Positions 50,861 through 61,438 are shown, counted from the first letter of the stretch. The stretch is 64,000 nt of DNA from an uncultured Actinomycetes bacterium (GCA_963706025.1 CAVPLM010000005.1:1024001-1088000); one strand, 5' to 3'. Program-made: numbers and translations. Notes: a model not told the origin generated them from the sequence alone.

Positions 50861-52175
50861 TTACAGACCGATGTCCGCCGGATCGAGGGGAGCGATGCTC
50901 TCGTCCGGTCGGTAGAGGAGCTCGCGCAGGTCCTCCCACACCTGGGCCATGCGCTCCTCCTCGCGACGGGTCAAAGGAGTGTCGGTCTGAGCGGCGAGAC
51001 CGGGCAGCACCGGCAGGACCCGGTAGCGCAAGGGCCACTCTGCCGCGGAGCGTTGCACGTACACCGGCAGGTAGCTCACTCCGGTGACGACCGCACGCAG
51101 ACCCCTCTTTTCGATATGCACGTAGGCCACGAGGCCGCTGTCGGAATAGCGCCATCTCTGATTCGAAACGAAATTGCCCACAGAATAGGCGGCGTACTTG
51201 CCGATCACCCTCCAGCTGGAGTATTGCACCACGTGCGCGATGGGCTGAACGACATGGGGGCCCGCCCCGATGATGACATCCACTCCCCGGGAGAGGATCT
51301 CTTGCGAGACCTCCACCTGCGTCTCGCTCGGCTTCCGCTCGTACTCGTCACCGTAGTGGAGCAGGGCGATCACCACGTCCGCGCCCCAGCTGACGAGCCG
51401 TCATGGCGTCCTCGGCCACCACGTCGGGGTCGAGGATGTTGACGGCGTACCCCTCGTGCTCCTCGGGCGGGGTCAAGCCGTTGAGGCTGGCGGTGTAGTT
51501 GAGAAAGGCCACCTTGATCCCCCGGATGTCGACAACGACCGGGGTGTTTCTCTCCTCGCTCGACCGGTTCGTGCCCACATGGGCCAGGCCGGCCCTGTCG
51601 AGCCTGTCCAGGGTGCCCACGATCCCCTCCCAGCCCATGTCGAGGGAATGGTTGTTCGCGGTGGCCGCCAGATCGACCCCGGCAGACTTCAGGGCGCCTG
51701 CAAGCTCGGTGGGGGAATTCATCAAGGGATAGCCGCTGTAGCCCTTCTCCGGGCCGGCGAGCCGGGTCTCCAAGTTGGCGACCGTGTAGTCCGCGCCGGC
51801 CAGATAAGGAGCGATAGGCGCAAGGACCGACTCGAAGTCGTGGGATCCTGTCTCGGGGTCGCGCACCGCCTCCAGGATGGCCTCATGAGGCAAGACGTCT
51901 CCCACCGCCGCCACTGTGATACTGATCGGCAGAGTCGTGCTGGTGGTGGTCGTGGTCACCGGCTCTGGCTCCGAGGGTGGTTCTGTGGTGGAGGTCGTTT
52001 CCGAGGCCGACGCCGTGGTCGGTACGACCACCGTCGGAGGCACGGTCGCGGTCACCTGGGCGAGTTCAAAGGAGGTCGGTCGCGCATCTTCAGCCGGCCA
52101 GAAGATCAGGGGCGTACAGAGCGCGATCACCGCAAGGGCGGCTCCCACGGCTTTCAGCGCATCTCTCACAGGCAC
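50861..52175 (-). CDS. CapA/PGA_cap metallophosphoesterase-fold membrane-anchored protein, frameshift at ~51385
   Basis: AVGDV..H, NLET, ANNHSLD.G, then LHYG.EY, IIG..PHVVQP, YSVGNF.SNQ. Confidence 0.85.
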
Positions 52176-52363
52176 GACCTCATCTGAGCATCAGCCGCCG
52201 ACTCCAGGCGGTCGCGGGGGCACGTCGCCCCTCTCTCGTCGCGACCCATTGTATCGTCCACGCGATGCGCACGTAGTATTATCGCTTGACGTCTTTCGCC
52301 TATTGACGTGTAAAGACGCCCTTAGGTTGCCTGGAGATCATTCCGAGAGGACGGGGTAGGTTA

Positions 52364-54466
52364 ATGCTTGAGTCTCTTCTTTATCCCAGCACTGTGGCCG
52401 TCATGGGGGCGTCTCGCACCCCAGGCAAGGTGGGCTATGAGATAGCGACCAACCTCATCGACAGCGAGTTCGGCGGCGACATAGTCCCGGTGAACCCTTC
52501 GGGAGGCGAGTTGCTCGGTCATAAGATCTATACGAGCCTCGGAGAGTACGGGAAGCCCATCCAGATGAGCGTCATAGCCGTACCGACGGCGGCGGTCAAA
52601 GAGGCTGTGATCAGCTCGCTCCACGCAGGGGCCAAGGCGATCGTGATCGTGACCGCCGGTTTCAGGGAAGTGGGGGAAGAAGGCGCCCGTCTGGAGCAGG
52701 AGATAGCAGACCTGTGCCGTGCTTCGGGCGCCCGCCTGATGGGCCCCAACTGCCTGGGTCTTATGAACACCCACCACAACATGAACGCGTCCTTCGGGAG
52801 GTTCATGCCCAATCGCGGCGGCATCTCGGTCCTCTCCCAGTCGGGCGCACTTTGCACGGCTATCTTGGATTGGGCAGCCTCCCGCAAGATGGGTCTCGCC
52901 ATCCTGCTCAGCATCGGGAACAAGGCCGACCTCAGCGAGATCGACTTCTTGGCCGCCCTAGCCGACGACGAAGAGACCAAGGTCATCATGGGGTATCTGG
53001 AGAGCATCGGCTCGGGTGAGGATTTCATTCGTGTGGCCGAGTCGGTGGCGGCGATCAAACCGGTGGTGATCCTCAAAGCGGGAACGACTGCGGCCGGCTC
53101 CAAGGCCGCTTCGTCACATACCGGCGCGCTGGCTGGAGCCGACATCGCCTACGGGGCGGCCTTCAAGCGGGCAGGCGTCATCCGGGCCGACACTTTCGAG
53201 TCTCTGCTCGATTTCGCCATGGCTCTAGCCATGCAGCCCCTCCCCAAAGGGGACCGGACGGCTATCATCACCAACGCAGGCGGTCCCGGGGCTATGGCCG
53301 CCGACGCCGTGGAACTGGCCGGCATGCGCGTCGCTTCGCTGCACCCCACCACCGCCGACGGCCTCCGGGGCAAACTCCCGGCCGCGGCGAGTGTCGGCAA
53401 TCCTATCGACGTCCTCGGAGACGCCGATCCCGAGCGCTACGCAGATGCGCTCGAAGCGGCCCAATCGGACCCTGAGGTAGATGCCATCATCGTCATTCTC
53501 ACGCCGCAGGCGATGACCAAACCCCTAGAGACCGCCCGGGCTATCACGACGCGGATCAGCGGCGAGAAACCGGTGCTCGCCTCCTTCATGGGCGGCGCGG
53601 ATGTCATGCCCGGTCGCGAGGAACTGGTGGCCGCGAACCTACCCGACTATCCGTCTCCGGAGAGGGCGGTGGCGGCCCTCAAAGCCATGGTGGACTATGC
53701 GGCCTGGCGCCTGCGCCCGCCGCGCGTGGTCGCCCGCTTCCCGGTCAACCGGCGCCGCGTGGACCGGATCCTCTCCCGACAGCTCCGCAGCGGAAGGCTG
53801 TACGTGGGTGAGGCCAAGGCCAAGGACATACTCAGAGCCTACGACTTCATCGTGCCCGACGGCCGCCTGGTGAGCACCGTGGAGGAAGCAGCGGAGGCGG
53901 CGCCCCGCATCGGCTACCCACTGGCCATGAAGATCGTCTCCCCCGACATCATCCACAAATCCGACATCGGGGGAGTGAAACTCAACCTCAACAGTGCGCA
54001 AGAGGTGGCCGACGCGTTCGAACTGATGATGCTCCGCATCGGTCGGAGGGCTCCCGAGGCCTTCCTGGAAGGAGTCTATCTCGAGCATATGGTGCCCAAG
54101 GGCCGCGAGGTCATCCTGGGGATGACCCGGGACCCGCAGTTCGGTCCCATGCTCATGTTCGGACTGGGCGGGATCTTCGTGGAAGTCATGAAGGACGTGA
54201 CCTTCCACCTGGCGCCGATCACCCACGACGAAGCCATGAACATGTTGATGGGGACCAGGTCGTACAAGCTGCTGGAAGGCGTGCGCGGTGAGGCGGGGGT
54301 CAACCTCTCGGCAATCGGCGAGGCGCTGCAGCGCATCAGCCAGTTGGTCACCGACTTCCCACAGATCGCCGAGCTCGACATCAATCCGTTCATCGTAGGA
54401 AGACTCGGAGAGGACTCAGTGGCGGCAGATGCACGAATCCAGCTGGTCGCGGGAGGTGGGCAGTGA
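52364..54466 (+). CDS. ADP-forming acetate/acyl-CoA ligase (fused AcdA/AcdB)
   Basis: GASRTPGKVG, AGF.E, GPNCLG, SQSGA, SHTGALAG (phospho-His retained), TNAGGPG, NPIDVLGD, HKSDIGGV, DPQFGP, ELDINP. Confidence 0.93.
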   Translation: MLESLLYPSTVAVMGASRTPGKVGYEIATNLIDSEFGGDIVPVNPSGGELLGHKIYTSLGEYGKPIQMSVIAVPTAAVKEAVISSLHAGAKAIVIVTAGFREVGEEGARLEQEIADLCRASGARLMGPNCLGLMNTHHNMNASFGRFMPNRGGISVLSQSGALCTAILDWAASRKMGLAILLSIGNKADLSEIDFLAALADDEETKVIMGYLESIGSGEDFIRVAESVAAIKPVVILKAGTTAAGSKAASSHTGALAGADIAYGAAFKRAGVIRADTFESLLDFAMALAMQPLPKGDRTAIITNAGGPGAMAADAVELAGMRVASLHPTTADGLRGKLPAAASVGNPIDVLGDADPERYADALEAAQSDPEVDAIIVILTPQAMTKPLETARAITTRISGEKPVLASFMGGADVMPGREELVAANLPDYPSPERAVAALKAMVDYAAWRLRPPRVVARFPVNRRRVDRILSRQLRSGRLYVGEAKAKDILRAYDFIVPDGRLVSTVEEAAEAAPRIGYPLAMKIVSPDIIHKSDIGGVKLNLNSAQEVADAFELMMLRIGRRAPEAFLEGVYLEHMVPKGREVILGMTRDPQFGPMLMFGLGGIFVEVMKDVTFHLAPITHDEAMNMLMGTRSYKLLEGVRGEAGVNLSAIGEALQRISQLVTDFPQIAELDINPFIVGRLGEDSVAADARIQLVAGGGQ

Positions 54467-56379
54467 GCGACAAGGGCATGCCCAACTACGATGGCGACTG
54501 GCAGGACAGGTACCGGAACATGGTCGCGACCGCCGAGGAGGCGGTCGCGAAGATCAGACCGGGACAGAGGATCTTCATCGGAAGCGGGGGGGCACAGCCC
54601 CTACACCTGGTACAGGCCCTGGTCGCCCGGCACGCGGAGCTGGCCGACACTCAAGTCCTCTCGTCCCTGACACTCGGCGAAGCTCCCTATGCTTTCAAGG
54701 AACTTGCGGACCACTTCTCCGTGAACACCTTCTTCATATCGGCGAACGTAAGGAGCATGATCCAAGAAGGTTACGGGGACTACACTCCCATCTCTCTGTC
54801 CGACATACCGGCGTTGTTCGTCAGCGGGGAGATGCCGATCGACGTCGCCTTGATCCAGGTGACACCACCGGACCAACAAGGTCGTTGCAGCTTGGGCATC
54901 TCCGTCGACATCGTCAAATCGGCCACGGCAAACGCCGGCCTGGTGATAGCTCAGGTCAATCCGCAGATGCCGTGGACCCTGGGCGACAGCTTTGTGAGCG
55001 TGCTCGATCTGGACATCCTTGTTCCCGTAGACGAGCCCCTGATCGAGACGTCCTACGCCGGCTTCATAGACGACGTCCAGACGGGCGCGTGGGCGCCGGA
55101 GGCGGAGACTATCACTCGGGCGATCGGCGAGAACATCGCGTCACTTGTGGAGGATGGATCCACCATCGAGGTGGGCATCGGGCGAATCCCCCACGCGGTC
55201 GTCCCGCTCCTCAAAGAGAAGAAAGATCTGGGTATCCACACCGAGGTCATTACCGACGCGATCATCGCCCTTGTCGACGCGGGCGTCATAAACGGGACCC
55301 AGAAGTCGACCGACCGAGGCAAGATCGTTACCACGTTCGCGATCGGCACCAAGCGGCTCTACGACTACGTCGACAACAACCCGCTCTTCTCTTTCAACCC
55401 CACCGAGTACGTGAACGATCCCTTTGTCATAGGCCAGCAGAGCAAGATGGTGGCCATCAACACCGCGCTCGAGGTCGATCTCACCGGCCAGGTGTGCTCA
55501 GATTCTCTGGGCACAAGGTTCTATTCCGGCATCGGTGGTCAGGCCGACTTCAACCAGGGTGCCGGCCGTTCGTTCGGAGGGCGCGCCATCATCGCACTGC
55601 CCTCCACGGCCGTGGGGGGCTCGGTCTCCCGCATCGTTGCGACCCTCCAGCCGGGGGCAGGAGTGGTAACCACCCGAGGAGCCGTCCACTACGTGGTAAC
55701 CGAATATGGGATCGCGTACCTCCATGGAAAAAGCGTCCAGGAGCGGGCAATGGCCCTGATCACCATCGCCCATCCCGATTTCCGTGAGGAACTGCTTTCC
55801 AAGGCCGTCGAGTACAAATGGGTGCGCCCCGAGATGGCGGATGTGGAAGGCCGCCTCTTCGTCGGGCCCAAGGAGGCCCGCACCACGACGCTCCTGGACG
55901 ATGGAACGCTCATCAGCTTCCGTTCGATGAATCCGACGGACGAAACCGGCACCCGCGACCTCTTCTACTCGCTGTCCCAGGAGACCGTCTACTACCGTTA
56001 CATGTCGCACATGAAGCGCATCCCCAGGAAACAGCTTCAGAACTTCGTCTACGTCGACCACCGCAACGAGGTGGCGATCGTCGGGACGGTGCCGGAGGCC
56101 TACGGGGAAGAGATCATAGCCATCGGGCGCTACTACCTCGACCAGAAGACCAACCGGGCCGAGGTGGCCTTCGTCGTACGGGACGACTGGCAGAACCAGG
56201 GCATAGGGTCGTTCATCCTCAAGCACCTTGTCAACATCGCCAAGCGGAACGGGATCGCCGGCTTCACCGCCGAGGTCCTGCGAGACAACAAGGCCATGCA
56301 GACGGTGTTCAACCACAGCGGCCTCAAGGTCCGGAGCAAGCTGAGCGAGGGCGTGTATCACTTCGACATGGACTTCTGA
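54463..56379 (+). CDS. Acetyl-CoA hydrolase/4-hydroxybutyrate-type CoA-transferase fused to a C-terminal GNAT
   Basis: AQVNPQMP.T.GD, GIG.IP, GIHTE (catalytic Glu), DLTGQVC.DS, GIGGQ.DF, VVTEYG, then LS.ETVYYR, AEVAFVV.DDWQ.QGIG, N.AM. Confidence 0.9.
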   Translation: MSDKGMPNYDGDWQDRYRNMVATAEEAVAKIRPGQRIFIGSGGAQPLHLVQALVARHAELADTQVLSSLTLGEAPYAFKELADHFSVNTFFISANVRSMIQEGYGDYTPISLSDIPALFVSGEMPIDVALIQVTPPDQQGRCSLGISVDIVKSATANAGLVIAQVNPQMPWTLGDSFVSVLDLDILVPVDEPLIETSYAGFIDDVQTGAWAPEAETITRAIGENIASLVEDGSTIEVGIGRIPHAVVPLLKEKKDLGIHTEVITDAIIALVDAGVINGTQKSTDRGKIVTTFAIGTKRLYDYVDNNPLFSFNPTEYVNDPFVIGQQSKMVAINTALEVDLTGQVCSDSLGTRFYSGIGGQADFNQGAGRSFGGRAIIALPSTAVGGSVSRIVATLQPGAGVVTTRGAVHYVVTEYGIAYLHGKSVQERAMALITIAHPDFREELLSKAVEYKWVRPEMADVEGRLFVGPKEARTTTLLDDGTLISFRSMNPTDETGTRDLFYSLSQETVYYRYMSHMKRIPRKQLQNFVYVDHRNEVAIVGTVPEAYGEEIIAIGRYYLDQKTNRAEVAFVVRDDWQNQGIGSFILKHLVNIAKRNGIAGFTAEVLRDNKAMQTVFNHSGLKVRSKLSEGVYHFDMDF

Positions 56380-56384
56380 GTAGG

Positions 56385-56567
56385 CCAAGGGGTCAGACGG
56401 GTCCCCTTCCAGCTGCGCACAAAAGCCTGTGCGACTCTTCCAGGGGACCCGCCCGACCCCTTGGGACCTGCCAGAGATGGGGTGGCCTTCCGGCTGCGCA
56501 CAAAAGCTGTGCGACTCTTCCAGGGGACCCGCCGACCTTAGGACAGCCAGAGATGGGGTGGCCTTCG
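56385..56567. repeat. Stem-core-stem element (copy C) plus tandem ~80-bp duplicate (copy D)
   Basis: 22-bp stem 56385-56406/56443-56464 around TTCCAGCTGCGCACAAAAGCCTGTGCGACTCTTCCA; second core at 56488-56522; same core as 31201 and 31308. Confidence 0.85.
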
Positions 56568-56687
56568 GATGACACGGGCCGTCGCCTTAGTCACCTGCCA
56601 GAGCTTCGGCCTGAGAATCGTGCCTGCTCTTCTGGACTCTCTCGGAAAGCCCTGGACCCCTACTCCAGATCTTTCGGACCGGTCTGG

Positions 56688-57692
56688 TCAACCTCCTGGA
56701 TCCGCCCCGCCATCTTCCGCTCCTCGTTTGATCCTCCGCATCACGACGCTCCGAATGCGGTCGAAAATATCCAGCAGCCCGCCGGGGAAGAGTAGGACGA
56801 CGAGGATGAACAGGACCCCGAAAATGACTTGATGAACGTCGGTCAGGTTAGCCGCCAATCGCTCGCGAACCACCACATAGAAGGCGGCACCGACTACAGG
56901 GCCTGCCAGGGTGCCCACTCCACCGATGTAGGCGATCATCAGGGCTTGGAACGTCCAGGTTGGGAAGAATGGTGCCTCGGGATAGTAGCTGATCTGCTGG
57001 AAAGCGAACACGCCTCCAGCCAGACCCATGAAGAGACTGCTGATCGCGAGAGTCAGCAACTTGTGACGCAGAACGTAAACTCCCGTGGCTTGGGCGGCTT
57101 CTTCATCCTCCCGCACACCCAGAATGCCCAGACTCCACCGGGAACGCATGAGAAGGTAGGCTGCTCCGGTCGTGGCTATCGCCAACGCCAACGCCGCGTA
57201 GTAGCGCAGGGGCAGATTGTAGGAGGCGATCATCTCGCCGGACATCGCCGAAAGGTATGGTTGGTTCTGACCGATGGTGATCCTCATCACCTCTGCCACA
57301 GCCAGTGTGCCGATCGCGAAATAGGCCCCGCGCAGACGGAAGGTCGGTACACCGATCACCATGGCGAAGGCGACCGCGGTCACCCCCCCGACAATGAGTG
57401 CCAGGATGAAGGGGATGCCGCCGAACCATAGCAGGCGCGTGATCAGTGCCCCTATGCCGAAGAAGGCAGCGTGGCCAAGGCTAACCTGCCCGGCGAAACC
57501 CCCCAACATGTTCCAGCTTTGGCCCATGGCGACGCCCATACAAATGAGAAAGAACAGATTCCATACATTGTCCTGGGACATCTGTTGGGGAAAGAGGACC
57601 GCGAAAAGAAGGAGGACGACGATCCCCCCCGGCGCAAGCCAGCGTCGCAGGGAGCGCGGAGAAGACGATTGCGTAGGAGTCATCTTCGCCAT
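56688..57692 (-). CDS. livM: Branched-chain amino acid-type ABC permease (LivM)
   Basis: WNMLGGFAGQVSLGHAAFFGIGA, RLRGAYFAI.TL, REDEEAA, GG.GTL.GP. Confidence 0.9.
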   Translation of the reverse strand: MAKMTPTQSSSPRSLRRWLAPGGIVVLLLFAVLFPQQMSQDNVWNLFFLICMGVAMGQSWNMLGGFAGQVSLGHAAFFGIGALITRLLWFGGIPFILALIVGGVTAVAFAMVIGVPTFRLRGAYFAIGTLAVAEVMRITIGQNQPYLSAMSGEMIASYNLPLRYYAALALAIATTGAAYLLMRSRWSLGILGVREDEEAAQATGVYVLRHKLLTLAISSLFMGLAGGVFAFQQISYYPEAPFFPTWTFQALMIAYIGGVGTLAGPVVGAAFYVVVRERLAANLTDVHQVIFGVLFILVVLLFPGGLLDIFDRIRSVVMRRIKRGAEDGGADPGG

Positions 57693-58570
57693 CACTTCCT
57701 CACGAACAGGCCCTGTGGACGCACGATCAGCACAACCAGGAAGAGGATCAGGCCGACCACTTCCTTGTAGGTCTGCGCCAGATACGCTCCGCTCAACGCC
57801 TCGACGACGCCCAAAAGGATCCCCGCAGGTAGAGCGCCGAAGACACTGCCGGTGCCGGCCAGGACGATCACGATCATCGCTTTGAGAGTCCAGAACATGC
57901 CGATGCTGGGGGCAAGGGCGTAGGTGAAGGTGACGAACTGCCCTGCGACGCCCGCGAGAGCGGCTCCGAGTGCAAACGTCATCATGTACACACGGCTGAT
58001 GTTGATCCCGGCCAGTTCCGCCGCTTCGTAGTCCTCCGCTGTCGCGCGGATGGCTTTCCCGAAATATGTCTTGCGAAGGAAGAGGGCAAGTGCGACCGTG
58101 ACGACCAGCACCACCGCCAGCGTCGCCAGACGCGTATAGGGAAAGAGGACGCCATAGATGTCAAAACCCTCCCCAGCATAGGAAACCTGCACCGAACGTT
58201 CATCGCCGGTGAAGGCCCATTGCGCCAGGTTCGTCAGGACAAGCCCCAAACCAAAGCTCACGAGCAGGGAGTTCTTGAGCTTCTCCTCTCCTTGGAGGCG
58301 GACGACGTGCCGGTAGATTATCCGGTCGAGGATCAAACCGAGCGCGAACAGAGCGACGATGACTACGGGCAGGGATAGGAAGGGATCGACCCCGAGCGTG
58401 CTGAAGGCCCAGAAACCAACGTAGCCGCCGATCATGACGAGTTCACCGTGGGCGATGTTGAGGATCTTCATCACCCCGAAGACCAAGGCCAGCCCCATCG
58501 CGGCGACGCCATAGATCGAACCCGCAAACACGCCGAAGACGATTGTCTGTATGAAGGATCCAAAGCCCAT
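57692..58570 (-). CDS. livH: Branched-chain amino acid-type ABC permease (LivH)
   Basis: GLALVFGVM.ILN.AHGE, T..GKAIRA, RPQGLF. Confidence 0.92.
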   Translation of the reverse strand: MGFGSFIQTIVFGVFAGSIYGVAAMGLALVFGVMKILNIAHGELVMIGGYVGFWAFSTLGVDPFLSLPVVIVALFALGLILDRIIYRHVVRLQGEEKLKNSLLVSFGLGLVLTNLAQWAFTGDERSVQVSYAGEGFDIYGVLFPYTRLATLAVVLVVTVALALFLRKTYFGKAIRATAEDYEAAELAGINISRVYMMTFALGAALAGVAGQFVTFTYALAPSIGMFWTLKAMIVIVLAGTGSVFGALPAGILLGVVEALSGAYLAQTYKEVVGLILFLVVLIVRPQGLFVRK

Positions 58571-58573
58571 GGG

Positions 58574-59305
58574 TCAGTCCACCGGGGCTGGGCAGATGCC
58601 CAGATAGGCTTGCTGTACTCGATCGTCATGCAGGAGTTCCTGGCCGGCACCCGTGCCCACGATCCTTCCCTGCTCGAGGATGTAGGCGCGATGGGCAAGC
58701 TCGAGCGCCTGTCGGGCGTTCTGCTCCACCAGGAATATGGTCACACCGTGCTGGTTCATCGTTTGCACGGTTTCGAAGATACTCTCGACGACGAGGGGCC
58801 CCAGCCCGAGCGATGGCTCATCGAGCATGAGGAGCTTCGGCATCCCCATGAGGGCGCGTCCGACGGCGAGCATCTGCTGTTGCCCACCGCTCATCGTGTT
58901 CGCCCGCTGCTCCTTGCGCTCGGCCAACAAAGGAAAGAGCTCGAATACAAGCTTCATTGATTCGAAACGTGCTTCTCTGGCCCGCTTCGAATATGCTCCC
59001 AATTCCAGGTTGTCAAGAACGGTCAGCCCGCCGAAGAGCCGGCGCCCCTCGGGAACCAGGATCACACCCTGTTCCACTATCCTGTGAGCCGGCAGGGTGC
59101 TCAGGGACTTGTCTCGCAATTGCACCGATCCGGATTTGAGCGGTTGAAGACCGGAGATCGCCCGCATCAGAGTCGTCTTGCCCGCGCCGTTCGGGCCGAT
59201 GAGCGCGACGATCTCGCCTTCTTTGACGCTGAGAGACACGTCCCATAGCGCTTGGATGTCTCCGTAGGCAACGTCGATGCCCAGTATCTCGAGGAAATCA
59301 GTCAT
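58574..59305 (-). CDS. livF: ABC ATPase (LivF)
   Basis: GPNGAGKTT, VPEGRRLF, MSGGQQQMLA, LDEPSLGL, VEQN. Confidence 0.93.
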   Translation of the reverse strand: MTDFLEILGIDVAYGDIQALWDVSLSVKEGEIVALIGPNGAGKTTLMRAISGLQPLKSGSVQLRDKSLSTLPAHRIVEQGVILVPEGRRLFGGLTVLDNLELGAYSKRAREARFESMKLVFELFPLLAERKEQRANTMSGGQQQMLAVGRALMGMPKLLMLDEPSLGLGPLVVESIFETVQTMNQHGVTIFLVEQNARQALELAHRAYILEQGRIVGTGAGQELLHDDRVQQAYLGICPAPVD

Positions 59306-60026
59306 GGAGGGACCTTCCCAGATAGGCATCGATGACCTTCTCGTCGCACGAGACCTCTGCCGGCGTACCTTCGGCGATCAGCTCGCCTGCGCTCAGGACG
59401 ACGATCCGGTCTGCGATCCCAAACACTGCCTTGACCAGATGCTCGACCATGATGATGGTGATGCCCGTGTCGCGAATGCTCTGGATCAGCGCCATCGCGG
59501 TCAAGACTTCGGAGGGGTTCAACCCGGCAAGGAGCTCGTCCAGCAGGAGCAGTTTTGGGTCGGCGGCCAGGGCACGGGCCAGTTCCAGGCGCTTGCGGTC
59601 TACCAGGGTCAGGCTCTTGGCCTTTTCAGATGCACGTTCGGCCAGTCCAACGATCTCGAGGGTCTTGATCGACTCTTTTTCGGCCCGGGACCTACTCCTG
59701 GTCGGGTTGCGCCCGTACACCCTGCCGATGGCCGCGTTGTCCAACACCGACAGCTCTGGGAGAGGTCGCACCAATTGAAACGTGCGCGCGATGCCCATCC
59801 AGCAACGGGCGTGCGACGGAACAGAGGTGATGTCCTTGTCCTCGAACCAGACCTTGCCGTTGGTGGGCGGGTAGACTCCCGTAATGAGGTTGAACAATGT
59901 GGTCTTGCCCGCGCCGTTCGGGCCGATCAAGCCGATGATCTCCCCCTCTGCGACGTGTGTCGAGACGGAGTTGACGGCCACCAACCCTTTGAAAGCTTTG
60001 GAGACATCTTCCAGATTCAGCAGCAA
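59298..60026 (-). CDS. livG: ABC ATPase (LivG)
   Basis: F.GL.AV, GPNGAGKTT.FN, ARTFQ, LLLDE..AGLN, AYLG; TTG after GAGG. Confidence 0.93.
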   Translation of the reverse strand: MLLNLEDVSKAFKGLVAVNSVSTHVAEGEIIGLIGPNGAGKTTLFNLITGVYPPTNGKVWFEDKDITSVPSHARCWMGIARTFQLVRPLPELSVLDNAAIGRVYGRNPTRSRSRAEKESIKTLEIVGLAERASEKAKSLTLVDRKRLELARALAADPKLLLLDELLAGLNPSEVLTAMALIQSIRDTGITIIMVEHLVKAVFGIADRIVVLSAGELIAEGTPAEVSCDEKVIDAYLGRSLHD

Positions 60027-60064
60027 ATCTGTTTCCTCGTATGTGTTTTGCCTGAGTTTGTGAG

Positions 60065-60099
60065 GCCTGGAGGTCACGCTGGACACGTGACCTCCAGGC
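60065..60099 (-). terminator. 14-bp hairpin between the binding-protein gene and the ATPase (terminator or mRNA stabiliser)
   Basis: GCCTGGAGGTCACG-CTGGACA-CGTGACCTCCAGGC. Confidence 0.65.
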
Positions 60100-60109
60100 G
60101 TATGTCAGA

Positions 60110-61438
60110 TTAGCGGTCCGCCCAGGGCAACGCCGGATAGATGATGGGGGCAAGCGCGACGTCGGCAGGGAAGACGAGCGCCTGCTTGCCGCCTTGCCAC
60201 TGGTTGACAGGGTCGAGAGCATTGGGCCAGGTGCCGTCTTCACTGAACGTCACACGGCCGACCAGGGTGTCCAGATCGGTCGCGGCGATCGCGTCGCGGA
60301 TCGCGTCACGATCCAGGCTCGCCGCGCGGGTGATCGCGTCGGCGAGGATCAGAACGCACGAGTAGGCCGGGCCGGTCAGCGCCGCAGCGGGTTTGCCGTA
60401 CACTTCCTTATATTGCGCGGCCATCTCGGCCACGCCCGCGTACGGAAGGCCGTTGTTCCAGCCGGGCAGCAGGAAGACTCCGTCGCTGTCCGTGCCCAGG
60501 TTCTCACCGAACGTGGGCGGATCGGGGGCGCGGATCATGAAGTAGACGCTGGCGTTCCAATCCAACTCCTTGATCTGCTTCATAATCGCCAGTCCGTCCG
60601 GGGAGTTGGGAAGAGCCAGCAGGACTTCGCCGCCGGCGTCTTTGGCGTCTTGGATGAGCGAGGAGTAGTCGGTCGTGCCGGGCGCGTATTCAAGGGTCGT
60701 GACCTCATAGCCACCACGGGTGGTGGCTTCTTTCGTCCACAACTCGACCATTTCCGCGCCCCAGTCCGTGGTCTCCGCGAAGATGACTACCTTCGCGGGT
60801 TTGGGACTAAGGGAATCCAACATCTCGAAGGTGATCCTTGCGTGGTCCTGGGATTTCGGGAAGGGCGAGAAGAGGTACTTGAATCCCTGATCATGCACCC
60901 CCGAGTACAAAGCGAACGCGATACCGAGGTAGGGGATCTGGTTCTTCTCGGCGATGCCGGCCGCCGCTGCGTGCAGGTCGCTTCCCGCGCCGCCCAGGTA
61001 GGCGACGACGTCGTTCGACGCCTGGGTCTCGAGCTGTTGCACGGTTTTGCTCGGGTCCGACTCATCGTCGAGCACGATCAACTCGATCGGGACCTTGGTG
61101 CCGCCCACGTCCAGGCCACCGGCGTCGTTGATGTTCTTGACCGCGAGTTCGTACCCGTTCTTGACCTGTTCGCCCAGACCGGAGTACTTCCCGGTGAGAG
61201 GAATGACGGCGCCGACTTTGATCGTGTCGGGAAGTTCCACCGGCGCTGCGGTGGTCTCGGTACTTGGCGCGGCGGTGGTCTCGGTACTAGGAGCCGCGGT
61301 GGTCTCGGTACCTGGTGCCGCGGTGGTCGTAGTCTCTTCTTCTTCGCCGCAGGCCGCTGCGAACAGGGCTAAGGCGAGCACCACGAGACCTAAGACGAGA
61401 AGTGAGAGTGGAATCCGCTTATAGGATTTCTTTTTCAT
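60110..61438 (-). CDS. LivK/LivJ-like ABC substrate-binding lipoprotein
   Basis: Lipobox FAAAC, TETTAAP linker repeats, IKVGA..PLTG, GYELAV..IN..GG, DDESDP. Confidence 0.9.
   Translation of the reverse strand: MKKKSYKRIPLSLLVLGLVVLALALFAAACGEEEETTTTAAPGTETTAAPSTETTAAPSTETTAAPVELPDTIKVGAVIPLTGKYSGLGEQVKNGYELAVKNINDAGGLDVGGTKVPIELIVLDDESDPSKTVQQLETQASNDVVAYLGGAGSDLHAAAAGIAEKNQIPYLGIAFALYSGVHDQGFKYLFSPFPKSQDHARITFEMLDSLSPKPAKVVIFAETTDWGAEMVELWTKEATTRGGYEVTTLEYAPGTTDYSSLIQDAKDAGGEVLLALPNSPDGLAIMKQIKELDWNASVYFMIRAPDPPTFGENLGTDSDGVFLLPGWNNGLPYAGVAEMAAQYKEVYGKPAAALTGPAYSCVLILADAITRAASLDRDAIRDAIAATDLDTLVGRVTFSEDGTWPNALDPVNQWQGGKQALVFPADVALAPIIYPALPWADR
61241..61330 (-). repeat. 24-bp coding tandem repeat (TETTAAP-S/G) in the lipoprotein tether
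   Basis: GCGGTGGTCTCGGTAC recurs with a 24-nt period. Confidence 0.85.

Noticed and set aside
56400-56567. Mini CRISPR array, or SECIS after the TGA at 56377
   Set aside because: The would-be spacers are near-identical (tandem duplication), there are no cas genes, and read-through past the TGA is not protein-like.
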